Shown in pieces: positions 1 to 15,000 of a stretch of DNA of 64,000 nt (positions are counted from its first letter, which is position 1; the number at the start of each line of letters is the position of its first letter). A program made the position numbers and the translations under genes. The stretch comes from Eledone cirrhosa (Eukaryota): the NCBI GenBank assembly GCA_964016885.1, contig OZ024741.1, positions 4,712,001 to 4,776,000 of the forward strand. The letters run 5' to 3'. The notes beneath the pieces were generated by a model, which worked only from the letters and a program-made list of their open reading frames with translations, was not told the origin of the DNA and did not search any database.

Positions 1-3000
1 TAACTGTAGTTATACTGCAACTGTAGTTATACTGTAACTGTAGTTATACTGTAACTGTAGTTATACTGTAGCTGTAGTTATACTTCAACTGTAGTTATAC
101 TGTAACTGTAGTTCTACTGTAGCTGTAGTTATACTGTAGCTGTAGTTATACTGTAACTGTAGTTATACTGTAACTGTAGTTATACTGTAGCTGTAGTTAT
201 ACTGTGACTGTAGTTATACTGTCACTAGCTATACTGTAGCTGTAGTTATATTGTAGCTGTAGTTATACTGTAACTGTAGTTATACTGTAGCTGTAGTTAT
301 ACTCTAACTGTAGTTATACTGTGACTGTAGTTATACTGTAGCTGTAGTTATACCGTAAATGTAGATATACTGCAACTGTAGTTATACTGTAGCTGTAGTT
401 ATACTGTGACTAGTTATACAGTAGCTGTAGTTATACTGCAACTGTAGTTATACTGTAACTATAGTTATACTGCAACTGTAGTTATACTGTAACTGTAGTT
501 ATACTGTAACTGTAGTTATACTGTAACTGTAGTTATACTGTAACTGTAGTTATACTGTAACTGTAGTTATACTGCAACTGTAGTTATACTGTGACTAGTT
601 ATACTGTAACTGTAGTTATACTTCAACTGTAGTTATACTGTAACTAGTTATACTGTGACTGTATTATACTGTAGCTGTAGTTATACTGCAACTGTAGTTA
701 TACTGCAACTGTAGTTATACTGTAACTGTAGTTATACTGCAACTGTAGTTATACTGCAACTGTAGTTATACTGCAACTGTAGTTATACTGCAACTGTAGT
801 TATACTGCAACTGTAGTTATACTGCAGCTGTAGTTATACTGTAGCTGTAGTTATACTGTGACTAGTTATACTGTAGCTGAAGTTATACTGCAACTGTAGT
901 TATACTGTAACTAGTTATACTGCAACTGTAGTTATACTGCAACTGTAGTTATACTGCAACTGTAGTTATACTGCAACTGTACTTATACTGCAACTGTAGT
1001 TATACTGTAGCTGTAGTTATACTGTGACTGTAGTTATACTGTAGCTGTAGTTATACTGCAACTGTAGTTATACTGCAACTGTAGTTATACTGTAACTGTA
1101 GTTCTACCGTAGCTGTAGTTATACTGTAGCTGTAGTTATACTGTCACTGTAGCTATACTGTAGCTGTAGTTATATTGTGACTAGTTATACTTTAACTGTA
1201 GTTATGCTGTAACTGTAGTTATACTTCAACTGTAGTTATACTGTAACTAGTTATACTGTGACTGTATTATACTGTAGCTGTAGCTATACTGTAGCTGTAG
1301 TTATACTGTAACTGTAGTTATACTGTAACTGTAGTTATACTGTAGCTGTAGTTATACTGTGACTGTAGTTATACTGTCACTAGCTATACTGTAGCTGTAG
1401 TTATACTGTAACTGTAGTTATACTGTAGCTGTAGTTATACTCTAACTGTAGTTATACTGTGACTGTAGTTATACCGTGACTGTTGTTATACTGTGACTTT
1501 AGTTATACTATGACTTTAGTTATACTGTAACTGTAGTTATACTGTAACTGTAGTTATACTGTAGCTGTAGTTATACCGTAAATGTAGATATACTGTAGCT
1601 GTAGTTATACTGCAACTGTAGTTATACTGTTGCTGTAGTTATACTGTAGCTGTAGTTATACTGTGACTAGTTATACAGTAGCTGTAGTTATACTGTAGCT
1701 GTAGTTATACTGCAACTGTAGTTATACTGTAACTATAGTTATACTGCAACTGTAGTTATACTGTAACTGTAGTTATACTGTAACTGTGGTTATACTGCAA
1801 CTGTAGTTATACTGTAACTGTAGTCATACTGTAACTGTAGTCATAATGCAACTGTAGTTATACTGTAGCTATACTCTCGCTGTAGTTATACTTTGACTGT
1901 AGATATACTGTGACTGTAGTTATACTGTAGCTGTAGTTATACTGTGTCTGTAGTTATACTGTAACTGTATTTATACTGTAGCTGTAGTTATACTGTGACT
2001 CTAGTTATACTGTAACTGTAGTTATACTGTGACTCTAGTTATACTGTAACTGTAGTTATACTGTAGCTGTAGTTATATTGTAACTGTAGTTATACTGTGA
2101 CTGTAGTTATACTGTAACTGTAGTCATACTGTAACTGTAGTCATACTGTAACTGTAGTCATAATGCAATTGTAGTTATACTGTAGCTATAATCTAGCTGT
2201 AGTTATACTTTAACTGTAGATATACTGTGACTGCAGTTATACAGTAACTGTAGTTATACTGTGATTTTAGTTATACTGTAATTGTAGTTATACTGTAACT
2301 GTAGTTATACTGCAACTGTAGTTATACTGTAACTGTAGTTAAACTGTAACTGTAGTCATACTGTAACTGTAGTCATAATGCAACTGTAGTTATACTGTAA
2401 CTGTAGTTATACTGTAGCTATAATCTAGCTGTAGTTATACTTTAACTGTAGATATACTGTGACTGTAGTTATACTGTGTCTGTAGTTATACTGTCACTGT
2501 AGTTATACTGTCACTGTATTTATACTGTAGCTGTAGTTATACTGTAACTAATTATACTGTAGCTATAGTTATACTGTGACTCTAGTTATACTGTAGCTGT
2601 AGTTATACTGTGACTGTAGTTATACTGTAGCTGTAGTTATACTGTAACTGTAGTTATACTGTGACTAGTTATACTGTGACTGTTATACTGTAGCTGTAGT
2701 TATACTGTCACTGTAGCTATACTGTCACTGTAGTTATAGTGTCACTGTAATTATACTGTCACTGTAGTAATACTTCAACTGTAGTTATACTGTAGCTGTA
2801 GTTATACTGTAACTGTAGATATACTGTTGCTGTAGCTATACTGTAGCTGTAGTTATGCTGTAACTGTAATTATAATGTCACTGTAGATATACTGTAGCTG
2901 TAGTTATAATGTGACTGTAGTTATACTATCGCTATAGTTATGCTGTAACTGTAGTTATACTGTAGCTGTAGTTATACTGTAACTGTAGTTCTACTGTAAC

Positions 3001-6000
3001 TGTAGTTATACTGTAGCTGTAGTTATACTGTAGCTGTAGTTATACTGTGACTGTAGTTATACTGTAGCTGTAGTTATACTGTAACTGTAGTTATGCTGTG
3101 ACTGTAGTTATACTGTGACTGTAGTTATACTGTAGCTGTAGTTATACTGTGACTGTAGTTATACTGTAGCTGTAGTTATACTGTAACTGTAGTTATACTG
3201 CAACTGTAGTTATACTGTAACTGTAGTTATACTGCAACTGTAGTTATACTTCAACTGTAATTATACTGTAGCTGTAGTTATACTGTAGCTGTAGTTATAC
3301 TGTGACTGTAGTTATACTGTAACTGTAGTTATACTGTAGCTGTAGTTATACTTCAACTGTAGTTATACTGTAGCTGTAGTTATACTGCAACTGTAGTTAT
3401 ACTTCAACTGTAGTTATACTTCAACTGTAGTTATACTGTAACTGTAGTTATACTGTAGATGTAGTTATACTGTGACTGTAGTTATACTGTAGCTGTAGTT
3501 ATACTGTAACTAGTTATACTGCAACTGTAGTTATACTGCAACTGTAGTTATACTGCAACTGTAGTTATACTGTAACTGTAGTTATACTGTAACTGTAGTT
3601 ATACTGTAACTTTAGTTATACTGCAACTGTAGTTATACTGTAACTGTAGTTATACTGTAACTGTAGTTATACTGCAACTGTAGTTATACTGTAACTGTAG
3701 TTATACTGTAACTGTAGTTATTCTGTAACTGTAGTTATTCTGCAACTGTAGTTATACTGTAGCTGTAGTTATACTGTGACTGTAGTTATACTGTAACTGT
3801 AGTTATACTGTAGCTGTAGTTATACTTCAACTGTAGTTATACTGTAGCTGTAGTTATACTGCAACTGTAGTTATACTGCAACTGTAGTTATTCTGTAACT
3901 GTAGTTATACTGCAACTGTAGTTATACTGTAACTGTAGTTATACTGTAACTGTAGTTATACTGCAACTGTAGTTATACTGTAACTGTAGTTCTACTGTAG
4001 CTGTAGTTATACTGTAGCTGTAGTTATACTGTAACTGTAGTTATACTGTAACTGTAGTTATACTGTAGCTGTAGTTTTACTGTGACTGTAGTTATACTGT
4101 CACTAGCTATACTGTAGCTGTAGTTATATTGTAGCTGTAGTTATACTGTAACTGTAGTTATACTGTAGCTGTAGTTATACTCTAACTGTAGTTATACTGT
4201 GACTGTAGTTATACTGTGACTGTAGTTATACCGTGACTGTTGTTATACTGTGACTTTAGTTATACTATGACTTTAGTTATACTGTAACTGTAGTTATACT
4301 GTAGCTGTAGTTATACCGTAAATGTAGATATACTGTAGCTGTAGTTATACTGTAGCTGTAGTTATACTATGACTAGTTATACAGTAGCTGTAGTTATACT
4401 GTAGCTGTAGTTATACTGCAACTGTAGTTATACTGTAACTATAGTTATACTGCAACTGTAGTTATACTGTAACTGTAGTTATACTGTAACTGTGGTTATA
4501 CTGCAACTGTAGTTATACAGTAACTGTAGTCATGCTGTAACTGTAGTCATAATGCAACTGTAGTTATACTGTAGCTATACTCTAGCTGTAGTTATACTGT
4601 GACTGTAGTTATACTGTAGCTGTAGTTATACTGTAACTGTATATATACTGTAGCTGTAGTTATACTGTGACTCTAGTTATACTGTAACTGTAGTTATACT
4701 GTGACTCTAGTTATACTGTAACTGTAGTTATACTGTAGCTGTAGTTATACTGTAACTGTAGTTATACTGTAACTGTAGTTATACTGTAAGTGTAGTTATA
4801 CTGTGACTGTAGTTATACTGTAGCTGGAGTTATACTGTGACTGTAGTTATACTGTGACTGTTGTTATACTTCAACTGTAGTTATACTGCAACTGTAGTTA
4901 TACTGCAACTGTAGTTATACTGTGACTGTTGTTATACTGTCACTGTAGTTATACTGTCACTGTAGCTGTAGTTATACTGTAGCTGTAATTATAATGTAAC
5001 TGTAGTTATACTGTAACTGTAGATATACTGTAACTGTAGTTATACTGTAGCTGTAGTCATACTGTCACTATAGTTATGCTGTAACTGTAGTTATACTGTA
5101 ACTGTAGTTATGCTGTAGTTATACTGTAATTGTAGTTCTACTGTAGCTGTAGTTTTACTGTAGCTGTAGTTATACTGTGACTGTAGTTATACTGTAGCTG
5201 TAGTTATACTGTAACTGTAGTTATACTGCAACTGTAGTTATACTGTAACTGTAGTTATACTGCAACTGTAGTTATACTGCAACTGTAGTTATACTGTAAC
5301 TAGTTATACTTCAACTGTAATTATACTGTAGCTGTAGTTATACTGCAACTGTAGTTATACTGTAACTGTAGTTATACTGCAACTGTAGTTATACTGCAAC
5401 TGTAGTTATACTGTAACTGTAGTTATACTGTAACTGTAGTTATACTGTAACTGTAGTTATACTGTAACTGTAGTTATACTGCAACTGTAGTTATACTGTA
5501 ACTGTAGTTATACTGTGACTGTAGTTATACTGAGACTAATTATACTGTGACTGTTGTTATACTGTTACTGTTGTTATACAGTAACTGTAGTTATACTGTG
5601 ATTTTAGTTATACTGTAACTGTAGTTATACTGTAACTGTAGTTATACTGTAATTGTAGTTATACTGTAACTGTAGTTATACTGCAACTGTAGTTATACTG
5701 TAGCTATAATCTAGCTGTAGTTATACTTTAACTGTAGATATACTGTGACTGTAGTTATATTGTGTCTGTAGTTATACTGTCACTGTAGTTATACTGTAAC
5801 TGTATTTATACTGTAGCTGTAGTTATACTGTAACTGTAATTATACTGTAGCTATAGTTATACTGTGACTCTAGTTATACTGTAGCTGTAGTTATACTGTA
5901 GCTGTAGTTATACTGTGACTGTAGTTATACTGTAGCTGTAGTTATACTGTAACTGTAGTTATACTGTGACTAGTTATACTGTGACTGTTATACTGTAGCT

Positions 6001-9000
6001 GTAGTTATACTGTCACTGTAGCTATACTGTCACTGTAGTTATAGTGTCACTGTAATTATACTGTCACTATAGTAATACTGTAACTGTAGTTATACTGTAG
6101 CTGTAGTTATACTGTAACTAGTTATACTTTAACTGTAGATATACTGTTGCTGTAGTTATACTGTCACTGTAGCTATACTGTAGCTGTAGTTATACTGTGA
6201 CTGTAGTTATACTGCAACTGTAGTTATACTGCAACTGTAGTTATACTGCAGCTGTAGTTATACTGTAGCTGTAGTTATACTGTGACTAGTTATACTGTAG
6301 CTGTAGTTATACTTCAACTGTAGTTATACTGTAACTGTAGTTATACTGTAGATGTAGTTACACTGTGACTGTAGTTATACTGTAGCTGTAGTTATACTGT
6401 AACTGTAGTTATACTGCAACTGTAGTTATACTGTAACTGTAGTTATACTGCAACTGTAGTTATACTGCAACTGTAGTTATACTGTAACTGTAGTTATACT
6501 GTAACTGTAGTTATACTGCAACTGTAGTTATACTGCAACTGTAGTTATACTGTAACTGTAGTTATACTGTAACTGTAGTTATACTGTAACTGTAGTTATA
6601 CTGTAACTGTAGTTATACTGCAACTGTAGTTATACTGTAGCTGTAGTTATACTGTGACTGTAGTTATACTGTAACTGTAGTTATACTGTAGCTGTAGTTA
6701 TACTTCAACTGTAGTTATACTGCAACTGTAGTTATACTGCAACTGTAGTTATACTGTAACTGTAGTTATTCTGTAACTGTAGTTATACTGCAACTGTAGT
6801 TATACTGCAACTGTAGTTATACTGTAACTGTAGTTATACTGCAACTGTAGTTATACTGCAACTGTAGTTATACTGTAACTGTAGTTCTACTGTAGCTGTA
6901 GTTATACTGTAGCTGTAGTTATACTGTAACTGTAGTTATACTGTAACTGTAGTTAGACTGTATCTGTAGTTATACTGTGACTGTAGTTATACTGTCACTA
7001 GCTATACTGTAGCTGTAGTTATATTGTAGCTGTAGTTATACTGTAACTGTAGTTATACTGTAGCTGTAGTTATACTCTAACTGTAGTTATACTGTGACTG
7101 TAGTTATACCGTGACTGTTGTTATACTGTGACTTTAGTTATACTATGACTTTAGTTATACTGTAACTGTAGTTATACTGTAACTGTAGTTATACTGTAGC
7201 TGTAGTTATACCGTAAATGTAGATATACTGTAGCTGTAGTTATACTGCAACTGTAGTTATACTGTAGCTGTAGTTATACTATGACTAGTTATACAGTAGC
7301 TGTAGTTATACTGTAGCTGTAGTTATACTGCAACTGTAGTTATACTGTAACTATAGTTATACTGCAACTGTAGTTATACTGTAACTGTAGTTATACTGTA
7401 ACTGTGGTTATACTGCAACTGTAGTTATACAGTAACTGTAGTCATACTGTAACTGTAGTCATAATGCAACTGTAGTTATACTGTAACTGTAGTTATACTG
7501 TAGCTATACTCTAGCTGTAGTTATACTTTGACTGTAGATATACTGTGACTGTAGTTATACTGTAGCTGTAGTTATACTGTAACTGTATATATACTGTAGC
7601 TGTAGTTATACTGTGACTCTAGTTATACTGTAACTGTAGTTATACTGTGACTCTAGTTATACTGTAACTGTAGTTATACTGTAGCTGTAGTTATACTGTA
7701 ACTGTAGTTATACTGTAACTGTAGTTATGCTGTAAGTGTAGTTATACTGTGACTGTAGTTATACTGTAGCTGGAGTTATACTGTGACTGTAGTTATACTG
7801 TGACTGTTGTTATACTTCAACTGTAGTTATACTGCAACTGTAGTTATACTGTGACTGTTGTTATACTGTCACTGTAGTTATACTGTCACTGTAGCTGTAG
7901 TTATACTGTAGCTGTAATTATAATGTAACTGTAGTTATACTGTAACTGTAGATATACTGTAACTGTAGTTATACTGTAGCTGTAGTCATACTGTCACTAT
8001 AGTTATGCTGTAACTGTAGTTATACTGTAACTGTAGTTATACTGTAGCTGTAGTTATACTGTAACTGTAGTTCTACTGTAGCTGTAGTTTTACTGTAGCT
8101 GTAGTTATACTGTGACTGTAGTTATACGGTAGCTGTAGTTATACTGTAACTGTAGTTATACTGCAACTGTAGTTATACTGTAACTGTAGTTATACTGCAA
8201 CTGTAGTTATACTGCAACTGTAGTTATACTGTAACTAGTTATACTTCAACTGTAATTATACTGTAGCTGTAGTTATACTGCAACTGTAGTTATACTGTAA
8301 CTGTAGTTATACTGCAACTGTATTTATACTGCAACTGTAGTTATACTGTAACTGTAGTTATACTGTAACTGTAGTTATACTGTAACTGTAGTTATACTGT
8401 AACTGTAGTTATACTGCAACTGTAGTTATACTGTAACTGTAGTTATACTGCAACTGTAGTTATACTGCAACTGTAGTTATACTGTAACTGTAATTCTATC
8501 GTAGCTGTAGTTATACTGTAGCTGTTGTTATACTGTCACTGTAGCTATACTGTAACTGTAGTTATACTGCAACTGTACTTATACTGCAACTGTAGTTCTA
8601 CTGTAGCTGTAGTTATACTGTAGCTGTAGTTTTACTGTAATTGTAGTTATACTGTAGCTGTAGTTATACTGTAGCTGTAGTTATACTGTAACTGTAGTTA
8701 TATTGTGACTGTAGTTATACTGAGACTGTAATTACACTGTGACTGTTGTTATACTGTTACTGTTGTTATACAGTAACTGTAATTATACTGTGACTGTAGT
8801 TATACTGAGACTGTAATTATACTGTGACTGTTGTTATACTGTTACTGTTGTTATACAGTAACTGTAGTTATACTGTGATTTTAGTTATACTGTAACTGTA
8901 GTTATACTGTAACTGTAGTTATACTGCAACTGTAGTTATACTGTAGCTATAATCTAGCTGTAGTTATACTTTAACTGTAGATATACTGTGACTGTAGTTA

Positions 9001-12000
9001 TACTGTCACTGTAGTTATACTGTAACTGTATTTATACTGTAGCTGTAGTTATACTGTAACTGTAATTATACTGTAGCTATAGTTATACTGTGACTCTAGT
9101 TATACTGTAGCTGTAGTTATACTGTGACTGTAGTTATACTGTAGCTGTAGTTATACTGTGACTGTAGTTATACTGTAGCTGTAGTTATACTGTAACTGTA
9201 GTTATACTGTGACTAGTTATACTGTGACTGTTATACTGTAGCTGTAGTTATAGTGTCACTGTAGCTATACTGTCACTGTAGTTATAGTGTCACTGTAATT
9301 ATACTGTCACTATAGTAATACTGTAACTGTAGTTATACTGTAGCTGTAGTTATACTGTAACTAGTTATACTTTAACTGTAGATATACTGTTGCTGTAGTT
9401 ATACTGTCACTGTAGCTATACTGTAGCTGTAGTTATACTGTGACTGTAGTTATACTGCAACTGTAGTTATACTGCAACTGTAGTTATACTGCAGCTGTAG
9501 TTATACTGCAGCTGTAGTTATACTGTAGCTGTAGTTATACTGTGACTAGTTATACTGTAGCTGTAGTTATACTTCAACTGTAGTTATACTGTAACTGTAG
9601 TTATACTGTAGCTGTAGTTATACTGTAACTGTAGTTATACTGCAACTGTAGTTATACTGTAACTATAGTTATACTGCAACTGTAGTTATACTGTAACTGT
9701 AGTTATACTGTAACTGTAGTTATACTGTAACTGTAGTTATACTGCAACTGTAGTTATACTGTAACTGTAGTTATACTGCAACTGTAGTTATACTGTAACT
9801 GTAGTTATACTGTAACTGTAGTTATACTGTAACTGTAGTTATACTGTAACTGTAGTTATACTGCAACTGTAGTTATACTGTAGCTGTAGTTATACTGTGA
9901 CTGTAGTTATACTGTAACTGTAGTTATACTGTAGCTGTAGTTATACTTCAACTGTAGTTATACTGCAACTGTAGTTATACTGCAACTGTAGTTATACTGT
10001 AACTGTATTTATTCTGTAACTGTAGTTATTCTGTAACTGTAGTTATACTGCAACTGTAGTTATACTGCAATTGTAGTTATACTGTAACTGTAGTTATACT
10101 GCAACTGTAGTTATACTGCAACTGTAGTTATACTGTAACTGTAGTTCTACTGTAGCTGTAGTTATACTGTAGCTGTAGTTATACTGTAACTGTAGTTATA
10201 CTGTAACTGTAGTTAGACTGTAGCTGTAGTTATACTGTGACTGTAGTTATACTGTCACTAGCTATACTGTAGCTGTAGTTATACTGTAACTGTAGTTATA
10301 CTGTAGCTGTAGTTATACTCTAACTGTAGTTATACTGTGACTGTAGTTATACCGTGACTGTTGTTATACTGTGACTTTAGTTATACTGTAACTGTAGTTA
10401 TACTGTAACTGTAGTTATACTGTAGCTGTAGTTATACCGTAAATGTAGATATACTGCAACTGTAGTTATACTGCAACTGTAGTTATACTGCAACTGTAGT
10501 TATACTGTAGCTGTAGTTATACTGTGACTAGTTATACAGTAGCTGTAGTTATACCGTAAATGTAGATATACTGCAACTATAGTTATACTGCAACTGTAGT
10601 TATACTGTAACTGTAGTTATACTGCAACTGTAGTTATACTGTAGCTGTAGTTATACTGTAGCTGTAGTTATACTGTAACTGTAGTTATACTGTAGCTGTA
10701 GTTATACTGTAGCTGTAGTTTTACTGTGACTGTAGTTATACTGTCACTAGCTATACTGTAGCTGTAGTTATATTGTAGCTGTAGTTATACTGTAACTGTA
10801 GTTATACTGTAGCTGTAGTTATACTCTAACTGTAGTTATACTGTGACTGTAGTTATACCGTGACTGTTGTTATACTATGACTTTAGTTATACTGTAACTG
10901 TAGTTATACTGTAACTGTAGTTATACTGTAGCTGTAGTTATACCGTAAATGTAGATATACTGTAGCTGTAGTTATACTGCAACTGTAGTTATACTGCAAC
11001 TGTAGTTATACTGTAGCTGTAGTTATACTATGACTAGTTATACAGTAGCTGTAGTTATACTGTAGCTGTAGTTATACTGCAACTGTAGTTATACTGTAAC
11101 TATAGTTATACTGCAACTGTAGTTATACTGTAACTGTGGTTATACTGCAACTGTAGTTATACTGTAACTGTAGTCATACTGTAACTGTAGTCATAATGCA
11201 ACTGTAGTTATACTGTAACTGTAGTTATACTGTAGCTATACTCTAGCTGTAGTTATACTTTGACTGTAGATATACTGTGACTGTAGTTATACTGTAGCTG
11301 TAGTTATACTGTAACTGTAGTTATACTGTAACTGTAGTTATACTGTGACTCTAGTTATACTGTAACTGTAGTTATACTGTAGCTGTAGTTATACTGTAAC
11401 TAGTTATACTGTAACTGTAGTTATATGGTGACTGTAGTTATACTGTAAGTGTAGTTATACTGTAGCTGGAGTTATACTGTGACTGTAGTTATACTGTGAC
11501 TGTTGTTATACTTCAACTGTAGTTATACTGCAACTGTAGTTATACTGCAACTGTAGTTATACTGCAACTGTAGTTATACTGTGACTGTTGTTATACTGTC
11601 ACTGTAGTTATACTGTCACTGTAGCTGTAGTTATACTGTAGCTGTAATTATAATGTAACTGTAATTATACTGTAACTGTAGATATACTGTAACTGTAGTT
11701 ATACTGTCACTATGGTTATGCTGTAACTGTAGTTATACTGTAACTGTAGTTATACTGTAACTGTAGTTATACTGTAGCTGTAGTTATACTGTAACTGTAG
11801 TTCTACTGTAGCTGTAGTTATACTGTAGCTGTAGTTATACTGTAGCTGTAGTTATACTGTAACTGTAGTTATACTGTAGCTGTAGTTATACTGTAGCTGT
11901 AGTTATACTGTGACTGTAGTTATACTGTAGCTGTAGTTATACTGTAACTGTAGTTATACTGCAACTGTAGTTATACTGCAACTGTAGTTATACTGCAACT

Positions 12001-15000
12001 GTAGTTATACTGCAACTGTAGTTATACTGTAACTAGTTATACTTCAACTGTAATTATACTGTAGCTGTAGTTATAGTGTGACTGTAGTTATACTGTAACT
12101 GTAGTTACACTTCAACTGTAGTTATACTGTAACTGTAGTTATACTGTAGCTGTAGTTATACTGTGACTAGTTATACTGTAGCTGTAGTTATACTGTAACT
12201 GTAGTTATACTGTAACTGTAGTTATACTGCAACTGTAGTTATACTGTTACTAGTTATACTGTAACTGTAGTTATGCTGTAACTGTAGTTATACTTCAACT
12301 GTAGTTATACTGTAACTAGTTATACTGTGACTGTATTATACTGTAGCTGTAGTTATACTTCAACTGTAGTTATACTGCAACTGTAGTTATACTGCAACTG
12401 TAGTTATACTGTAACTGTAGTTATACTGCAACTGTAGTTATACTGCAACTGTAGTTATACTGCAACTGTAGTTATACTGCAACTGTAGTTATACTGCAGC
12501 TGTAGTTATACTGTAGCTGTAGTTATACTGTGACTAGTTATACTGTAGCTGTAGTTATACTGTAACTAGTTATACTGCAACTGTAGTTATACTGTAACTG
12601 TAGTTAGACTGTAACTGTAGTTATACTGCAACTGTAGTTATACTGCAACTGTAGTTCTACTGTAGCTGTAGTTATACTGTAGCTGTAGTTATACTGTAGC
12701 TGTAGTTATACTGTGACTGTAGTTATACTGTGACTGTAGTTATACTCTAGCTGTAGTTATACTGTGACTGTAGTTATACTGAGACTGTAATTATACTGTG
12801 ACTGTTGTTATACTGTTACTGTTGTTATACAGTAACTGTAATTATACTGTGACTGTAGTTATACTGAGACTAATTATACTGTGACTGTTGTTATACAGTA
12901 ACTGTAGTTATACTGTAGTTATACTGTAATTGTAGTTATACTGTAACTGTAGTTATACTGCAACTGTAGTTATACTGTAACTGTAGTTATACTGTAACTG
13001 TAGTTATACTGTAACTGTAGTCATACTGTAACTGTAGTCATAATGCAACTGTAGTTTTACTGTAACTGTAGTTATAATGTAGCTATAATCTAGCTGTAGT
13101 TATACTTTAACTGTAGATATACTGTGACTGTAGTTATACTGTGTCTGTAGTTATACTGTCACTGTAGTTATACTGTAACTGTATTTATACTGTAGCTGTA
13201 GTTATACTGTAACTGTAATTATACTGTAGCTATAGTTATACTGTAGCTGTAGTTATACTGTGACTGTAGTTATACTGTAGCTGTAGTTATACTGTGACTA
13301 GTTATACTGTGACTGTTTTACTGTAGCTGTAGTTATACTGTCACTGTAGCTATACTGTCACTGTAGTTATAGTGTCACTGTAATTATACTGTCACTATAG
13401 TAATACTGTAACTGTAGTTATACTGTAGCTGTAGTTATACTGTAACTAGTTATACTTTAACTGTAGATATACTGTTGCTGTAGTTATACTGTCACTGTAG
13501 CTATACTGTAGCTGTAGTTATACTGTGACTCTAGTTATGCTGTAACTGTAGTTATACTGTAGCTGTAATTATAATGTCACTGTAGTTATACTGTAACTGT
13601 AGTTATACTGTAGCTGTAGTTATACTGTCACTATAGTTATGCTGTAACTGTAGTTATACTGTAACTGTAGTTATACTGTAGCTGTAGTTATACTGTAGCT
13701 GTAGTTATACTGTAACTGTAGTTCTACTGTAACTGTAGTTATACTGTAGCTGTAGTTATACTGTGACTGTAGTTATACTGTAGCTGTAGTTATACTGTAA
13801 CTGTAGTTATGCTGTGACTGTAGTTATACTGTGACTGTAGTTATACTGTAGCTGTAGTTATACTGTGACTGTAGTTAAACTGTAGCTGTAGTTATACTGT
13901 AACTGTAGTTCTACTGTAACTGTAGTTATACTGTAGCTGTAGTTATACTGTGACTGTAGTTATACTGTAGCTGTAGTTATACTGTAACTGTAGTTATGCT
14001 GTGACTGTAGTTATACTGTGACTGTAGTTATACTGTAGCTGTAGTTATACTGTGACTGTAGTTATACTGTAGCTGTAGTTATACTGTAACTGTAGTTATG
14101 CTGTGACTGTAGTTATACTGTGACTGTAGTTATACTGTAGCTGTAGTTATACTGTGACTGTAGTTAAACTGTAGCTGTAGTACTACTGTAACTGTAGTTA
14201 TACTGCAACTGTAGTTATACTGTAACTGTAGTTATAATGCAACTGTAGTTATACTGTAACTGTAGTTATACTTCAACTGTAATTATACTGTAGCTGTAGT
14301 TATAGTGTGACTGTAGTTATACTTCAACTGTAGTTATACTTCAACTGTAGTTATACTTCAACTGTAATTATACTGTAGCTGTAGTTATAGTGTGACTGTA
14401 GTTATACTGTAACTGTAGTTATACTTCAACTGTAGTTATACTGTAACTGTAGTTATACTGTAGATGTAGTTATACTGTGACTGTAGTTATACTGTAGCTG
14501 TAGTTATACTGTAACTGTAGTTATACTGCAACTGTAGTTATACTGTAACTGTAGTTATACTGCAACTGTAGTTATACTGTAACTGTAGTTATACTGTAAC
14601 TGTAGTTATACTGTAACTGTAGTTATACTGTAACTGTAGTTATACTGCAACTGTAGTTATACTGCAACTGTAGTTATACTGCAACTGTAGTTATACTGTA
14701 ACTGTAGTTATACTGTAACTGTAGTTATACTGTAACTGTAGTTATACTGCAACTGTAGTTATACTGTAGCTGTAGTTATACTGTGACTGTAGTTATACTG
14801 TAACTGTAGTTATACTGTAGCTGTAGTTATACTTCAACTGTAGTTATACTGTAGCTGTAGTTATACTGCAACTGTAGTTATACTGCAACTGTAGTTATAC
14901 TGTAACTGTAGTTATTCTGTAACTGTAGTTATACTGCAACTGTAGTTATATTGTAACTGTAGTTATACTGTTACTGTAGTTATACTGCAACTGTAGTTAT

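Noticed and set aside
2185-2200. TATAAT / TATA-like promoter motifs
   Set aside because: These are one-base variants of the repeat core TTATACT, with no downstream gene or other promoter context.
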